A stretch of DNA of 64,000 bases from Gemmatimonadales bacterium. Lineage in GTDB: Bacteria > Gemmatimonadota > Gemmatimonadetes > Gemmatimonadales > GWC2-71-9. Below, one piece after another: positions 27,385-36,130 of the stretch; the first letter of the stretch is position 1, and each line of letters opens with the position of its first letter. The translations under genes were made by a program, and so were the position numbers. Location: the NCBI GenBank assembly GCA_036394755.1, contig DASWEL010000006.1, positions 4,475-68,474 of the forward strand. Reading direction: 5' to 3'. The notes under the pieces were generated by a model that did no database searches, was not told the origin of the DNA, and worked only from the letters and a program-made list of their open reading frames with translations.

Positions 27385-29521
27385 GGACCTGCTGCGACAA
27401 CACGCACTGGAGTTCGCGACGATTGCGATCGCCCTGATTTTCGCGGGCGCTGGGCTCGTGTTGTGGCGTTTGCGGCAGCGGTTGCTGCGCTCCGAGCAGG
27501 AGCGGCGCCGCGCCGCCGAAGAGCTCAATCGTCGCCTGTCCGAGCTCTTTTCTCTGCAGGAGCTGTCGTACGTCCTGTCCGACTCGCTCGAGCTGGACCG
27601 CATCGTCGAGCAGGTGGTGCGCTACGCCGTTCGCTTTCTCGACGCGCAGGGCGCGCTGCTGGCGCTGCTGGCGGATGCACCCAGCGATCCCCTGCAGATC
27701 GCCGCTGCCGAAGGCACACTCGCGCCGCTGCGCGGCCAGAAGATCCAGGGAGATGATCCAGGCCTCGTCGCGCGCTCCACGGGCCGGGAGCACCTGGAGC
27801 TGATCCGGAATTCGGGGGCCGCGCCCACGGTCATCGTGAAGGGCTTCGACGCCGCCGCTGCCGCCGCCGTTCCGCTCCGGTCGCACGGGATCGTCATCGG
27901 TACGCTCATCATCACCGACCCCAAGGAAGGCGTGTTCGTCCCGGAGGACATCCGGCTGCTGTCCACCCTGGCGACCCACGCTGCCGTCGTCATCGCGAAC
28001 GCGCGCTTTTTCGAGATGGTCCGGCGCGCCAAGGAGCAGTGGGAGACGGCCTTTGACGCGTTGAGCGAGGGCATCGCGGTCGTGGACGACGAGGGACGGG
28101 TGCGACGCTCGAATCGCGCGCTCGCCAGCCTGCTCAACATGCCGCTGCAGAACGTCGTCGGCACGCCGCTCGGCGAGGCCCTACTCGGCAAGCCGAGCGC
28201 GCTGCAGGAGCTGCTCGCGGCGACGCGGCGCGGCGACCGTCCGGCGCCGCTGGTCGCGCGCTCCGAGCGACTGGGGCGCGCCGTCCGCGTCAACGCCGCC
28301 CGCATTCCGGGCGCGGCGACCGAACAGAGCATCGTCGTGATGGTCGAGGACGTCACGGAGCAGCAGGCCCTCGAAACGCAGCTGGTTCAGAGCGAGAAGC
28401 TGGCGGCCGTCGGCCAGCTCGTCTCCGGCGTCGCCCATGAGCTCAACAATCCGCTGACATCGATCGCGGGGCTGTCGGAGTTCCTGCTCGAACAGAAAGA
28501 GCTCGGCAAGAAGGACCGCGGTCATTTGCAGGTGATTCAGGAACAGGCGGAGCGCGCCAGCCGCATCGTGCGCAATCTCCTCACGTTCGCGCGCAAAGGC
28601 GCGGCCGAGCGCGTGCCGGTCGACTTGAACGACGTGATTCGCCGAACGCTGTCGCTGACGTCGTACGACTTGAAGCTCAAGGACATCGTGGTCGAGCGGG
28701 AGTTGAGCGGCGCGCTGCCCGACGTGTTCGGGGACCGGCATGGCCTGCAGCAGGTCGTGCTGAATCTCGTGACCAACGCGGCCCACGCCGTCGCGGAGAA
28801 CCCACGGGAGCGTCCCCGCGAAATCACCGTGTCGACCTGGTTCGACGGGCAGGTGCACCTGCGCGTCGCGGACACGGGGCCCGGCATTGCCGACGAGATT
28901 GCTCAGAGCGTCTTCACGCCGTTCTTCACGACCAAGGAACCCGGCAAAGGCACGGGCCTCGGCCTCTCGATCACGTATTCGATCGTCGAGAGTCATGGCG
29001 GACAGATCACGCTCGAACCCCGCGGCCCGCGTGGCGGCGCGGCGTTTCGCGTGGACCTGCCTCCCGCGCCGGCCGACGCCGTGCGGCCGGCGCTCACGCC
29101 CGTCCACGGCACGCCGGCCGTCAACGCCGCATCGATGGTGAAGCGCACCATTCTGCTCGTCGACGCGGATCCCGCGGTGCAGCGGACGATCAAGGCGCTG
29201 TTCGCGCGCGACGGCCACGACGTCGAAGTGGCGGGCGATCCGCAGCACGCGCTCGATCTGGCACAGCGCGGCGGCTTTGACCTCGTGATCACCGACGCGC
29301 GCGCGATGGCGCCGGGGAAACGCGGGACGCTGTTGGCGGAGGAATTGGTGACGCGGATGCCGGCGCTGCGGGATCGGATCATCGTCGCCACGGGCGACGT
29401 GCGCCCGACGACGGAAGAGACGCTCGCGCGTCTCGGCGTGCGTTACGTGCGCAAGCCTTTCAACCTGCGCGATCTCCGCGTCGAGGCGGCGCGCTTGTGG
29501 GAGGCGACGGCGCTGTCGTAG
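27377..29521 (+). CDS. Hybrid sensor histidine kinase: TM, GAF, PAS, HisKA, HATPase and a C-terminal receiver domain.
   Basis: H-box 'VAHELNNPLTSI', 'NLVTNAAHAV', 'DTGPGI' and 'GKGTGLGLSI'. Receiver domain 'ILLVDADPAV...DLVITDARAM...KPF'. Confidence 0.85.
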   Translation: MPMDLLRQHALEFATIAIALIFAGAGLVLWRLRQRLLRSEQERRRAAEELNRRLSELFSLQELSYVLSDSLELDRIVEQVVRYAVRFLDAQGALLALLADAPSDPLQIAAAEGTLAPLRGQKIQGDDPGLVARSTGREHLELIRNSGAAPTVIVKGFDAAAAAAVPLRSHGIVIGTLIITDPKEGVFVPEDIRLLSTLATHAAVVIANARFFEMVRRAKEQWETAFDALSEGIAVVDDEGRVRRSNRALASLLNMPLQNVVGTPLGEALLGKPSALQELLAATRRGDRPAPLVARSERLGRAVRVNAARIPGAATEQSIVVMVEDVTEQQALETQLVQSEKLAAVGQLVSGVAHELNNPLTSIAGLSEFLLEQKELGKKDRGHLQVIQEQAERASRIVRNLLTFARKGAAERVPVDLNDVIRRTLSLTSYDLKLKDIVVERELSGALPDVFGDRHGLQQVVLNLVTNAAHAVAENPRERPREITVSTWFDGQVHLRVADTGPGIADEIAQSVFTPFFTTKEPGKGTGLGLSITYSIVESHGGQITLEPRGPRGGAAFRVDLPPAPADAVRPALTPVHGTPAVNAASMVKRTILLVDADPAVQRTIKALFARDGHDVEVAGDPQHALDLAQRGGFDLVITDARAMAPGKRGTLLAEELVTRMPALRDRIIVATGDVRPTTEETLARLGVRYVRKPFNLRDLRVEAARLWEATALS

Positions 29522-29832
29522 GCCTCCGACGGCCAGCCATACGTCGCAAGGTTGACCGCTCCACCCGGTGCGAACCGCACGCCTTCACGCAACAACAACG
29601 CCCGCTGCAGCACCGCGCTGTGATCCTGCCCGGAAAACGAAATGCGGCCCGCGGCGTTGATGACGCGCCACCACGGCACATCGTTGTCTTCGGGGAGTGC
29701 GGAGAGGGCCCAGCCGACCGTGCGGGCGGCGCCGGGGCGACCCGCGAGCCGCGCGATGATCCCGTACGTCGCCACCCGTCCCTTGGGGATGTGACGGACC
29801 ACGCGGTAGATCCGATGATAGAATGGATTCAC
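29443..29832 (-). CDS. MGMT-family DNA-binding protein of the alkyltransferase-like (ATL/YbaZ) type.
   Basis: 'IPKGRVATYGIIA' helix-turn-helix region. 'VPWWRVIN' stands in place of the Ogt/Ada active-site 'PCHRV', so the acceptor Cys is replaced by Trp. Confidence 0.75.
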   Translation of the reverse strand: MNPFYHRIYRVVRHIPKGRVATYGIIARLAGRPGAARTVGWALSALPEDNDVPWWRVINAAGRISFSGQDHSAVLQRALLLREGVRFAPGGAVNLATYGWPSEAYDSAVASHKRAASTRRSRRLKGLRT

Positions 29833-29847
29833 AAGGGAGCCTGAGTA

Positions 29848-30300
29848 CTAGCTTACTCGCAGGACGTCTTCCAGCAAGCCCGCGTCCCCACCCCCCACTA
29901 TTGACAAAATGTCCTCCATTGCTCTCCGCTCTCGCGGCCAGGCGAACCGCCCCGCCGCGTCCCGGGCCTCGAGCCACTCCGCGCGATCGTGCTCCGCCGA
30001 GAGTTTTACGCTCGCGCCGGACGCGACGAACGCGGCGAACACCGGAATCAGCGCCACCTCGTCGCGCGTGTGTTGATAAAACGCTTCCGTGCGGCTGAGA
30101 TTGTAGAATTTGTCCGGCACGAGACCGGTTTCTTCGCGCAGCTCACGCAATGACGCCTGCACCGGCGTCTCGCCGGGCTCGATCGTGCCGTGCACCGTCT
30201 CCCACGATCCGACGTTGCGGCCGTGCGGACCGCGCCGCAGCGCCAGCACCTCGAGCGTCGGCCCCGCTCCGCGCAGGGCGTACGTGTCCACGAAGGACAC
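29848..30300 (-). CDS. NUDIX hydrolase.
   Basis: Nudix box 'GTIEPGETPVQASLRELREETGL' (GX5EX7REUXEEXGU). Confidence 0.85.
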   Translation of the reverse strand: MSFVDTYALRGAGPTLEVLALRRGPHGRNVGSWETVHGTIEPGETPVQASLRELREETGLVPDKFYNLSRTEAFYQHTRDEVALIPVFAAFVASGASVKLSAEHDRAEWLEARDAAGRFAWPRERRAMEDILSIVGGGDAGLLEDVLRVS

Positions 30301-30311
30301 TCGAACGGAAG

Positions 30312-32546
30312 TCAGCGGCGGCGGCCGAGCACGGCTTCGAGACGCGCGGAGAGCGCGCGCGCGCGGAATGGCTTGGTGAGAAAGTCGTCGGCGCCCAGCT
30401 CGAAGACGCGCACTTCGTTGTCTTCGTCGCCTTTCGCAGTCAGTACGATCACGGGAATGTTCGCGGTGGCCGGGCGCGAGCGCAGGTGCGACAGCACGCC
30501 GTAGCCGTCCAGGCCCGGCAGGTTCAAATCGAGCACGATGATGTCGGGCCCTACGCGATCGACCTGATCGAGCGCCTGCACGCCGTCGCGGGCCTCGGTC
30601 ACGGCGTAGCCGTCGCGCTCCAGCAGGTCGCGCATCACTTTGCGCAGGCTATCCTCGTCGTCGACGAGCAGCACCTTCGATGCGGGCTGGCCGTGCGCGC
30701 CAGAGCGCCGCGCGGGCGGCGCGGACTCCTCGAGCAGATCGAAGACCGTAGAGACCGGTGCGGCGGGCTCTGGCGGAGCGCCAACCGTCCCGGCGGCCGG
30801 GCTGCCTCGTACGGCGGCGCTGCCGCGTGAGACGCGCGGCTCTTGCGGCGAAGCTTCCGGTTCGTCGGGAATATCCACCACGCGCGTGAGCTCATCGAGG
30901 GTGGACTCGCCGCGTGCCACATGCGCCAACCCCGAATCCCACAGGGACTTCATCCCGCCGCGTTGCGCGGCCTCCGCGATCCGGTTCGCCGCCTCGCCGG
31001 CGGCGATCAGCCGCTCGAGCTCCGGCGTCATCGTGAGGATTTCGAGAATGGAGAACCGGCCGCGGTACCCCGTCATCGCGCAATCGGGACAGCCCGCGGC
31101 GCGATAGAGCGGCGTCCCCTTGGGAATCCAGCGCCGCAGCCGCTCGGGCGGCGCTTCAATCCAGACTTCCTTGCACGTGGCGCACAACTTCCGCATCAGG
31201 CGCTGCGCCACGACGCCACGCAGCGACGCCGCGATCTTGTACGACTCGACGCCGATGTCGACGAGCCGCGTGACGGCGTTGGCCGCGTCGTTCGTGTGGA
31301 GCGTGGACAGGACCAGGTGTCCGGTGAGCGACGCCTGCACGGCGATCTGTGCCGTTTCCTTGTCGCGAATCTCTCCGACCAACACGACGTTCGGGTCCTG
31401 CCGCAGGATCGAGCGCAGCGCCGCGGCAAAGGTGAGGCCGGCTTTCTCCTGCACTTGCACCTGCACGATCCCCTGCATCCGGTACTCCACCGGGTCTTCG
31501 ACCGTCACGATGTTGACGCCTTCGCTCTTGATCTGATTGATCGCCGAGTAGAGCGTGGTCGTTTTGCCCGAGCCGGTCGGCCCCGTGACGAGCAGGATAC
31601 CCTCGTGGTTCTCGAGCAGCCGCTTGATCGCTTCGGCTTCGCCCGGATTGAGGCCGAGGGTGTCGAGCGACTTGACCGTCGCGCGGGAGTCGAGAATGCG
31701 GATGACGACTTTTTCGCCGAGCTGCGCGGGCAGCGTCGAGACGCGCAGGTCGATCGGCTGGCCGTTCACCGCAACCCGCGCGCGCCCGTCCTGCGGGCGG
31801 AGGCGGTCGGCGATGTCGAGCGAAGACATGATCTTGATCCGCGAGATGAGCGGCAGCCCCGCTTGGCGCGGGATCTTCATGACCTGCCGCAGCACGCCGT
31901 CGATCCGGTAGCGCACCGCCACGCCGCCCTCTTCGGGCTCGACGTGGATATCGCTCGCCCGGGAAAGGATCCCCTCGGAAATGATCATGTCGACGAGGCG
32001 AACGACGGGCTTCTGGCTGGCGTCTGCTTCGGAGATGTTGAGCTCTTCGGGCGCCGGCGCATCCGCCAGGGTCGTGACCTCTTGATCGCCCATCCCCTCG
32101 AGCAGCTTGTCGATCGCCCTGTCCGACCGGTACATCTCATCCAGCTTCTCTCTGATTTTCGATGGCGCCAGCAGGAACAGCCGGATCTCGCGCGCCGTGG
32201 CGAATGCCATCGCCTTTTCGGCGTCGAGATCGAAGGGGTTCGCCGTTCCCAGCTCGAGGAAGGAATCGGTCAGGCGCAGCGGCAGCACGTGGTAGCGGCG
32301 CGCGAGCTGTTCGGGCACGCCATCCCGCGCCGTGATATCGATCTTGGAAGCGTCGCCGATCTTCAGCCGGAAGCGGTGCGACAACTTGTCGATGATCTCA
32401 GAGTCGGTATGGATCTTCTCGGCCACGAGGCATTCCCACAGCGTCCGGCCGGACTCCGACTTTGCCCGGAGCTCCTGGAGGCGCTCGGGCGTCAGGCCCT
32501 CGAGGGACTGGGCCAACCACTCGTCTGGGAAGGCGTTTACGGGCAT
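30312..32546 (-). CDS. GspE/PilB-family type II secretion / type IV pilus ATPase fused to a C-terminal response-regulator receiver domain.
   Basis: N-terminal T2SSE_N-like domain. Walker A 'VTGPTGSGKTTTLY', Walker B 'VLVGEIRD', His box 'GHLVLSTLHTNDA' and tetracysteine 'CATC...CPDC'. A Pro/Ala-rich linker leads to a REC domain 'KVLLVDDEDS...IIVLDLNLPGLDG...TAKG...KPF'. Confidence 0.85.
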   Translation of the reverse strand: MPVNAFPDEWLAQSLEGLTPERLQELRAKSESGRTLWECLVAEKIHTDSEIIDKLSHRFRLKIGDASKIDITARDGVPEQLARRYHVLPLRLTDSFLELGTANPFDLDAEKAMAFATAREIRLFLLAPSKIREKLDEMYRSDRAIDKLLEGMGDQEVTTLADAPAPEELNISEADASQKPVVRLVDMIISEGILSRASDIHVEPEEGGVAVRYRIDGVLRQVMKIPRQAGLPLISRIKIMSSLDIADRLRPQDGRARVAVNGQPIDLRVSTLPAQLGEKVVIRILDSRATVKSLDTLGLNPGEAEAIKRLLENHEGILLVTGPTGSGKTTTLYSAINQIKSEGVNIVTVEDPVEYRMQGIVQVQVQEKAGLTFAAALRSILRQDPNVVLVGEIRDKETAQIAVQASLTGHLVLSTLHTNDAANAVTRLVDIGVESYKIAASLRGVVAQRLMRKLCATCKEVWIEAPPERLRRWIPKGTPLYRAAGCPDCAMTGYRGRFSILEILTMTPELERLIAAGEAANRIAEAAQRGGMKSLWDSGLAHVARGESTLDELTRVVDIPDEPEASPQEPRVSRGSAAVRGSPAAGTVGAPPEPAAPVSTVFDLLEESAPPARRSGAHGQPASKVLLVDDEDSLRKVMRDLLERDGYAVTEARDGVQALDQVDRVGPDIIVLDLNLPGLDGYGVLSHLRSRPATANIPVIVLTAKGDEDNEVRVFELGADDFLTKPFRARALSARLEAVLGRRR

Positions 32547-32596
32547 GAGGCTGCCTCCAAGCTATTACCGAAGGCGCCCGAGTCCAGTATTCCGTA

Positions 32597-34624
32597 TCAC
32601 AGAATGTCCCAAAAATCGCGCGTGATGTCGAAGGCGACACGTATCTGGCGTGTCTGGACCCCGTATCCCGCTTCGAGCCGCAACAGTCCGAGCCATTCCG
32701 CACCGAGTCCCAAGGTCACGCGGCTTCCGGGCGTCGCCTGCCACGGTGTGAGCCCGATCGGCTCCGCGGTCCACCCCCACGCGGCGTAGGGCGCGAGCGT
32801 GATCGTGGCCGGCGTCCGCGCCGGCCCCGCGCTCAGACGAATGAATGGCACGGGAGTGCGCCATTCGATGTGCAAGAGTGCAGCCCGGCGGCCGCCCCAA
32901 TCCCGGAACCCATCGCCCAACAGCGTCCCACGGCCGCCGAGGACAAACGCGCGGTGTGGCGGCAGGTTGCGCGTCGCCAGACCAAACTGCACCCGCGCCA
33001 ACAACCGGCTTGGCCCTGCCCCGACCGGCACGAGCAAGTGCGCCGTCCCACTGAGGCGCGTATAACGCTCGCCGAATTCCAACGTCACCTCGCCGGCGAC
33101 ATCGCGGCGCACGGCGAAGCCCTCGCTGCGGCGCCGCAGGGTCAACGCGGCCGTGGAGTAGTCGCCGTCGTTCACGGCGGGATTGGGACGATAGTGTCCC
33201 GTCGCCGGCGTCGCGTGAACCGCGAGTGATGCGACGTGCTCGTGTGCGGTTGCGAAGCGCCACTCGCCGCGCGCGCCGAGCCCCGAGCGCACGCTGAGCC
33301 GCACGCCCGCCGCACGATAGTAGTCGCCGTAGTCGTCGCCGAATTCCTGCGACGCGATCGAGTTGAGCAGCGGTGCGATCACGGGCGCTTCCCCGATGTC
33401 TCGGACTTGGGCGTACGCCGTCAGCTCGAGCCCGTCGGCGGACGTGAATGCGATGCTGCCCTTCCCCGTCCGGTCGGCAAACCCGTAAGTCCCCAGGCCG
33501 CGGAGCTCGAAGCCATCGTCGGGCGTGCGCCACACGAAACCGGCTCCCACGGCGAGACCCTCCACGCGATTGACGTGGACCAGCTCGCTCAGCGAGCGCG
33601 CCCCGAGGCGTTGGCGTTTGAGCCCCGTGAGCGCGCGGCGGCCCGCGATGCGACTGACTTCGGCACGCACGTGTTGCAGATCGTTCTCGCGCACCGGCTC
33701 GGCGACGTCCTGGATGGCGGCGCTGAGGGTGCTCGGCCACGGAAAGGAATCGCGCTGGGCCTTGGGCAGCGCCGTGATCTCTTCGCCGCGGAAAAAGCTC
33801 GTCTCGAGGCCGAGGTTGAAGACGTAGCTGTCGATCTCCCAGCGTCCGCGGATGATGCCGCGCGCCGGGATGTCGAGCCACGTGGCGCGGCGGCGAATCT
33901 CCACCTCCTGACGGTACGGCAGCCAGAATTGTCCTTCCCAGAGAGCGTTGTCCAGGATGATGCTGACGTCCTCGAGCTGTGGATCCAGATACGCCTTGGG
34001 CGTGAAATTGAACGTCATGCGTACCAGCTCGGCGGATTCGACGTCGACGAAGAGCGTGCCGACGATGGCGGCGGTGCCGAAGTCCTTGGGCCGCACCCGC
34101 AGCGCGACGACGCGCACCGCGCGTTGCGAAAGCACGATCGCCGTCGTGTCGCCCAGGGCAAAGTCGTACCGGTCTGTGCCACCGGGGGCGAGCGGGTGCG
34201 GCACGTCGCGCACTTCGTCGCCCTCACCGAGTCGGATGGCGATGCCGAAGTTGTTCTGCACGATGCCGAGGTGATCGCGGTGGTAGTTGATATCGGTGGG
34301 GAGCTCGGCGCGATCGCGCCAGCCGATGATGCGCTGCTTGCTGAGCTGCGGCGCCTTCCAGTACACTTCCAGCTCCAGCTGATCCGCTTTGACGAGCCGC
34401 GGCGGCTCGGTGAGCCCTTCGCCGAACTGCCCCAGGAAGAAGAGAAAACCGTGAGCTTTGGCCTTGTAGTCGCGCAGCGCTGTGTCGACCGCGGTCTGTG
34501 CCCGGCGGTCTATAGCGCGCCGCGCCAGCGCCAGGGCGGAATCGCTGTTCCAGTCCTGTGCCGCGGCAGCTGGGGGGGTTGCAAGCAGGAGCAAGAGCAC
34601 AGCAGACCAGCGCATTGCCGCCAA
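32597..34624 (-). CDS. Large outer-membrane protein with an Omp85/surface-antigen-like C-terminal beta-barrel (tentative).
   Basis: Signal peptide 'AVLLLLLATPPAAAAQ'. The C-terminal half shows an alternating strand pattern, 'LGGRGTLLGDGF' (resembling the Omp85 'GG..RG(F/Y)' motif) and terminal strands 'LRLEAGYGV...RVAFDI'. Confidence 0.5.
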   Translation of the reverse strand: MAAMRWSAVLLLLLATPPAAAAQDWNSDSALALARRAIDRRAQTAVDTALRDYKAKAHGFLFFLGQFGEGLTEPPRLVKADQLELEVYWKAPQLSKQRIIGWRDRAELPTDINYHRDHLGIVQNNFGIAIRLGEGDEVRDVPHPLAPGGTDRYDFALGDTTAIVLSQRAVRVVALRVRPKDFGTAAIVGTLFVDVESAELVRMTFNFTPKAYLDPQLEDVSIILDNALWEGQFWLPYRQEVEIRRRATWLDIPARGIIRGRWEIDSYVFNLGLETSFFRGEEITALPKAQRDSFPWPSTLSAAIQDVAEPVRENDLQHVRAEVSRIAGRRALTGLKRQRLGARSLSELVHVNRVEGLAVGAGFVWRTPDDGFELRGLGTYGFADRTGKGSIAFTSADGLELTAYAQVRDIGEAPVIAPLLNSIASQEFGDDYGDYYRAAGVRLSVRSGLGARGEWRFATAHEHVASLAVHATPATGHYRPNPAVNDGDYSTAALTLRRRSEGFAVRRDVAGEVTLEFGERYTRLSGTAHLLVPVGAGPSRLLARVQFGLATRNLPPHRAFVLGGRGTLLGDGFRDWGGRRAALLHIEWRTPVPFIRLSAGPARTPATITLAPYAAWGWTAEPIGLTPWQATPGSRVTLGLGAEWLGLLRLEAGYGVQTRQIRVAFDITRDFWDIL

Positions 34625-34633
34625 ATTTAGGGC

Positions 34634-36130
34634 ATGGACCCCCGCGACGCATTCCTGGAGCGCGCCAAGCGTGGCGGAATCGTGCCGGTGATCCGCGAAG
34701 TGGTCACCGATGCCGATACGCCGGTGGCCGCCTTCGCGAAGATCGCGCGGCCGCCGTTCGCGTTTCTGCTCGAATCACTGGTCGGCGGCGAACGCTGGGC
34801 CCGGTACACCTTCCTCGGCACGGAACCTCGGGAAGCGTGGCGGTATCGCGGGCAACGGGTCGACCGCTGGACGCCAGCGTCTGGCTGGGAACAGACGGGC
34901 CAGACGACCGACCCCGTGGCCCACCTCGCCGACCGCCTGCGCGCGCTCCCGAGCGTCGCGCTGCCCGGGTTGCCACGCTTCATGGGCGGCGCGGTCGGAT
35001 ACCTCGGGTACGACGTCGTGCGCAGCATCGAACGTCTCCCCGCGGGCCCCACCGACACGCTCGGCGTGCCCGACGCGGTCGTGATGATCGCGGACTCGCT
35101 CGTGATTCTCGACAACGTGTTCGGTCGCGCCATCGTCGTGGCGAACGTCGAGGTGCCCGCGAAGGCGTCGGCCGCGCAGCGGCTGCGGCTGTACGACGTC
35201 GCGCAGGAGCGGCTCGACACCTTGATCGGGCGCCTGAGCGGGACGCATCAGCTCGCGCCGCTGGCGTTGGACGACGATGGACTCGCGCTGCGGCCGCCCC
35301 CGCAATCGCAGTACGGGCGAGCGGCATTCGAGCGCGATGTCGCCAAGATCCGCGAGTACATCGCCGCAGGCGACGTCTTCCAGGCCGTCCTGTCGCGCCG
35401 GCAGGTCGTGCCGGGTGCGGTCGACCCGCTGCGACTGTACCGGTACCTGCGCGCCCTGAACCCCGCTCCCTATCTCTTCTATCTCACGCTCGACGATCTG
35501 ACGCTCGTCGGGAGCTCGCCTGAGGTGCTGGTCCGGGTCGAAGGCGATGAAGTCACGGTGCGACCCATCGCCGGCACCCGCCCCCGTGGCGCCAGCCCCG
35601 AGGAGGATGAAGCGCTGGCGATGTCGCTGCGCGAGGACGCCAAGGAGCTGGCCGAGCACCGCATGCTCGTCGACCTGGGACGCAACGATGTCGGGCGGGT
35701 GGCGCAGTACGGCACGGTGCGCGTGACAGAATCGCTGCAGATCGAGCGCTACTCGCATGTGCAGCATCTCGTGAGCGAGGTCCGCGGCCGGTTGAGGGAC
35801 GGCTATGACGCGCTCGACGTGTTTCGCGCGTGTTTCCCCGCCGGGACGGTCAGCGGCGCGCCCAAGGTGCGCGCGATGGAGATCATCGACGAGCTGGAGC
35901 CAGAGCGGCGCGGTCCCTATGCGGGGGCGGTCGGCTACGTCGGGTGGGGCGCGACGAGCATGGATACGGCGATCGTGATTCGTTCGGCGCTCGTGCTCAA
36001 GGACCGGGTCGTCGTGCAGGCAGGCGCCGGCATCGTCGCGGACTCAGACCCCTCACGCGAGTTCGCGGAAACCGAGGCCAAGGCACAAGCTGTGCTTCGG
36101 GCGCTCGCGCTGACCAAAGCGGGTGATTAG
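34634..36130 (+). CDS. trpE: Anthranilate synthase component I.
   Basis: 'LLESLVGGERWARYTFLG', 'PAGTVSGAPKVRAMEIIDELE', 'RGPYAGAVGY' and 'AGAGIVADS'. Confidence 0.93.
   Translation: MDPRDAFLERAKRGGIVPVIREVVTDADTPVAAFAKIARPPFAFLLESLVGGERWARYTFLGTEPREAWRYRGQRVDRWTPASGWEQTGQTTDPVAHLADRLRALPSVALPGLPRFMGGAVGYLGYDVVRSIERLPAGPTDTLGVPDAVVMIADSLVILDNVFGRAIVVANVEVPAKASAAQRLRLYDVAQERLDTLIGRLSGTHQLAPLALDDDGLALRPPPQSQYGRAAFERDVAKIREYIAAGDVFQAVLSRRQVVPGAVDPLRLYRYLRALNPAPYLFYLTLDDLTLVGSSPEVLVRVEGDEVTVRPIAGTRPRGASPEEDEALAMSLREDAKELAEHRMLVDLGRNDVGRVAQYGTVRVTESLQIERYSHVQHLVSEVRGRLRDGYDALDVFRACFPAGTVSGAPKVRAMEIIDELEPERRGPYAGAVGYVGWGATSMDTAIVIRSALVLKDRVVVQAGAGIVADSDPSREFAETEAKAQAVLRALALTKAGD

Noticed and set aside
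30843-32789. 648-aa plus-strand ORF overlapping the GspE-REC gene. Similar long shadows occur at 33236..34630, 32565..33881, 34775..35767, 36297..37433, 40331..41692, 41605..42669, 43078..44082, 44312..45727, 48829..50019, 51526..52695, 54571..55893, 57130..58812, 59683..60705 and 62114..63229.
   Set aside because: Each is antisense or out of frame to a gene with clear family motifs. Their sequences are dominated by R, G, A, D, H and P, as expected from GC-rich non-coding frames. None has a recognisable domain.
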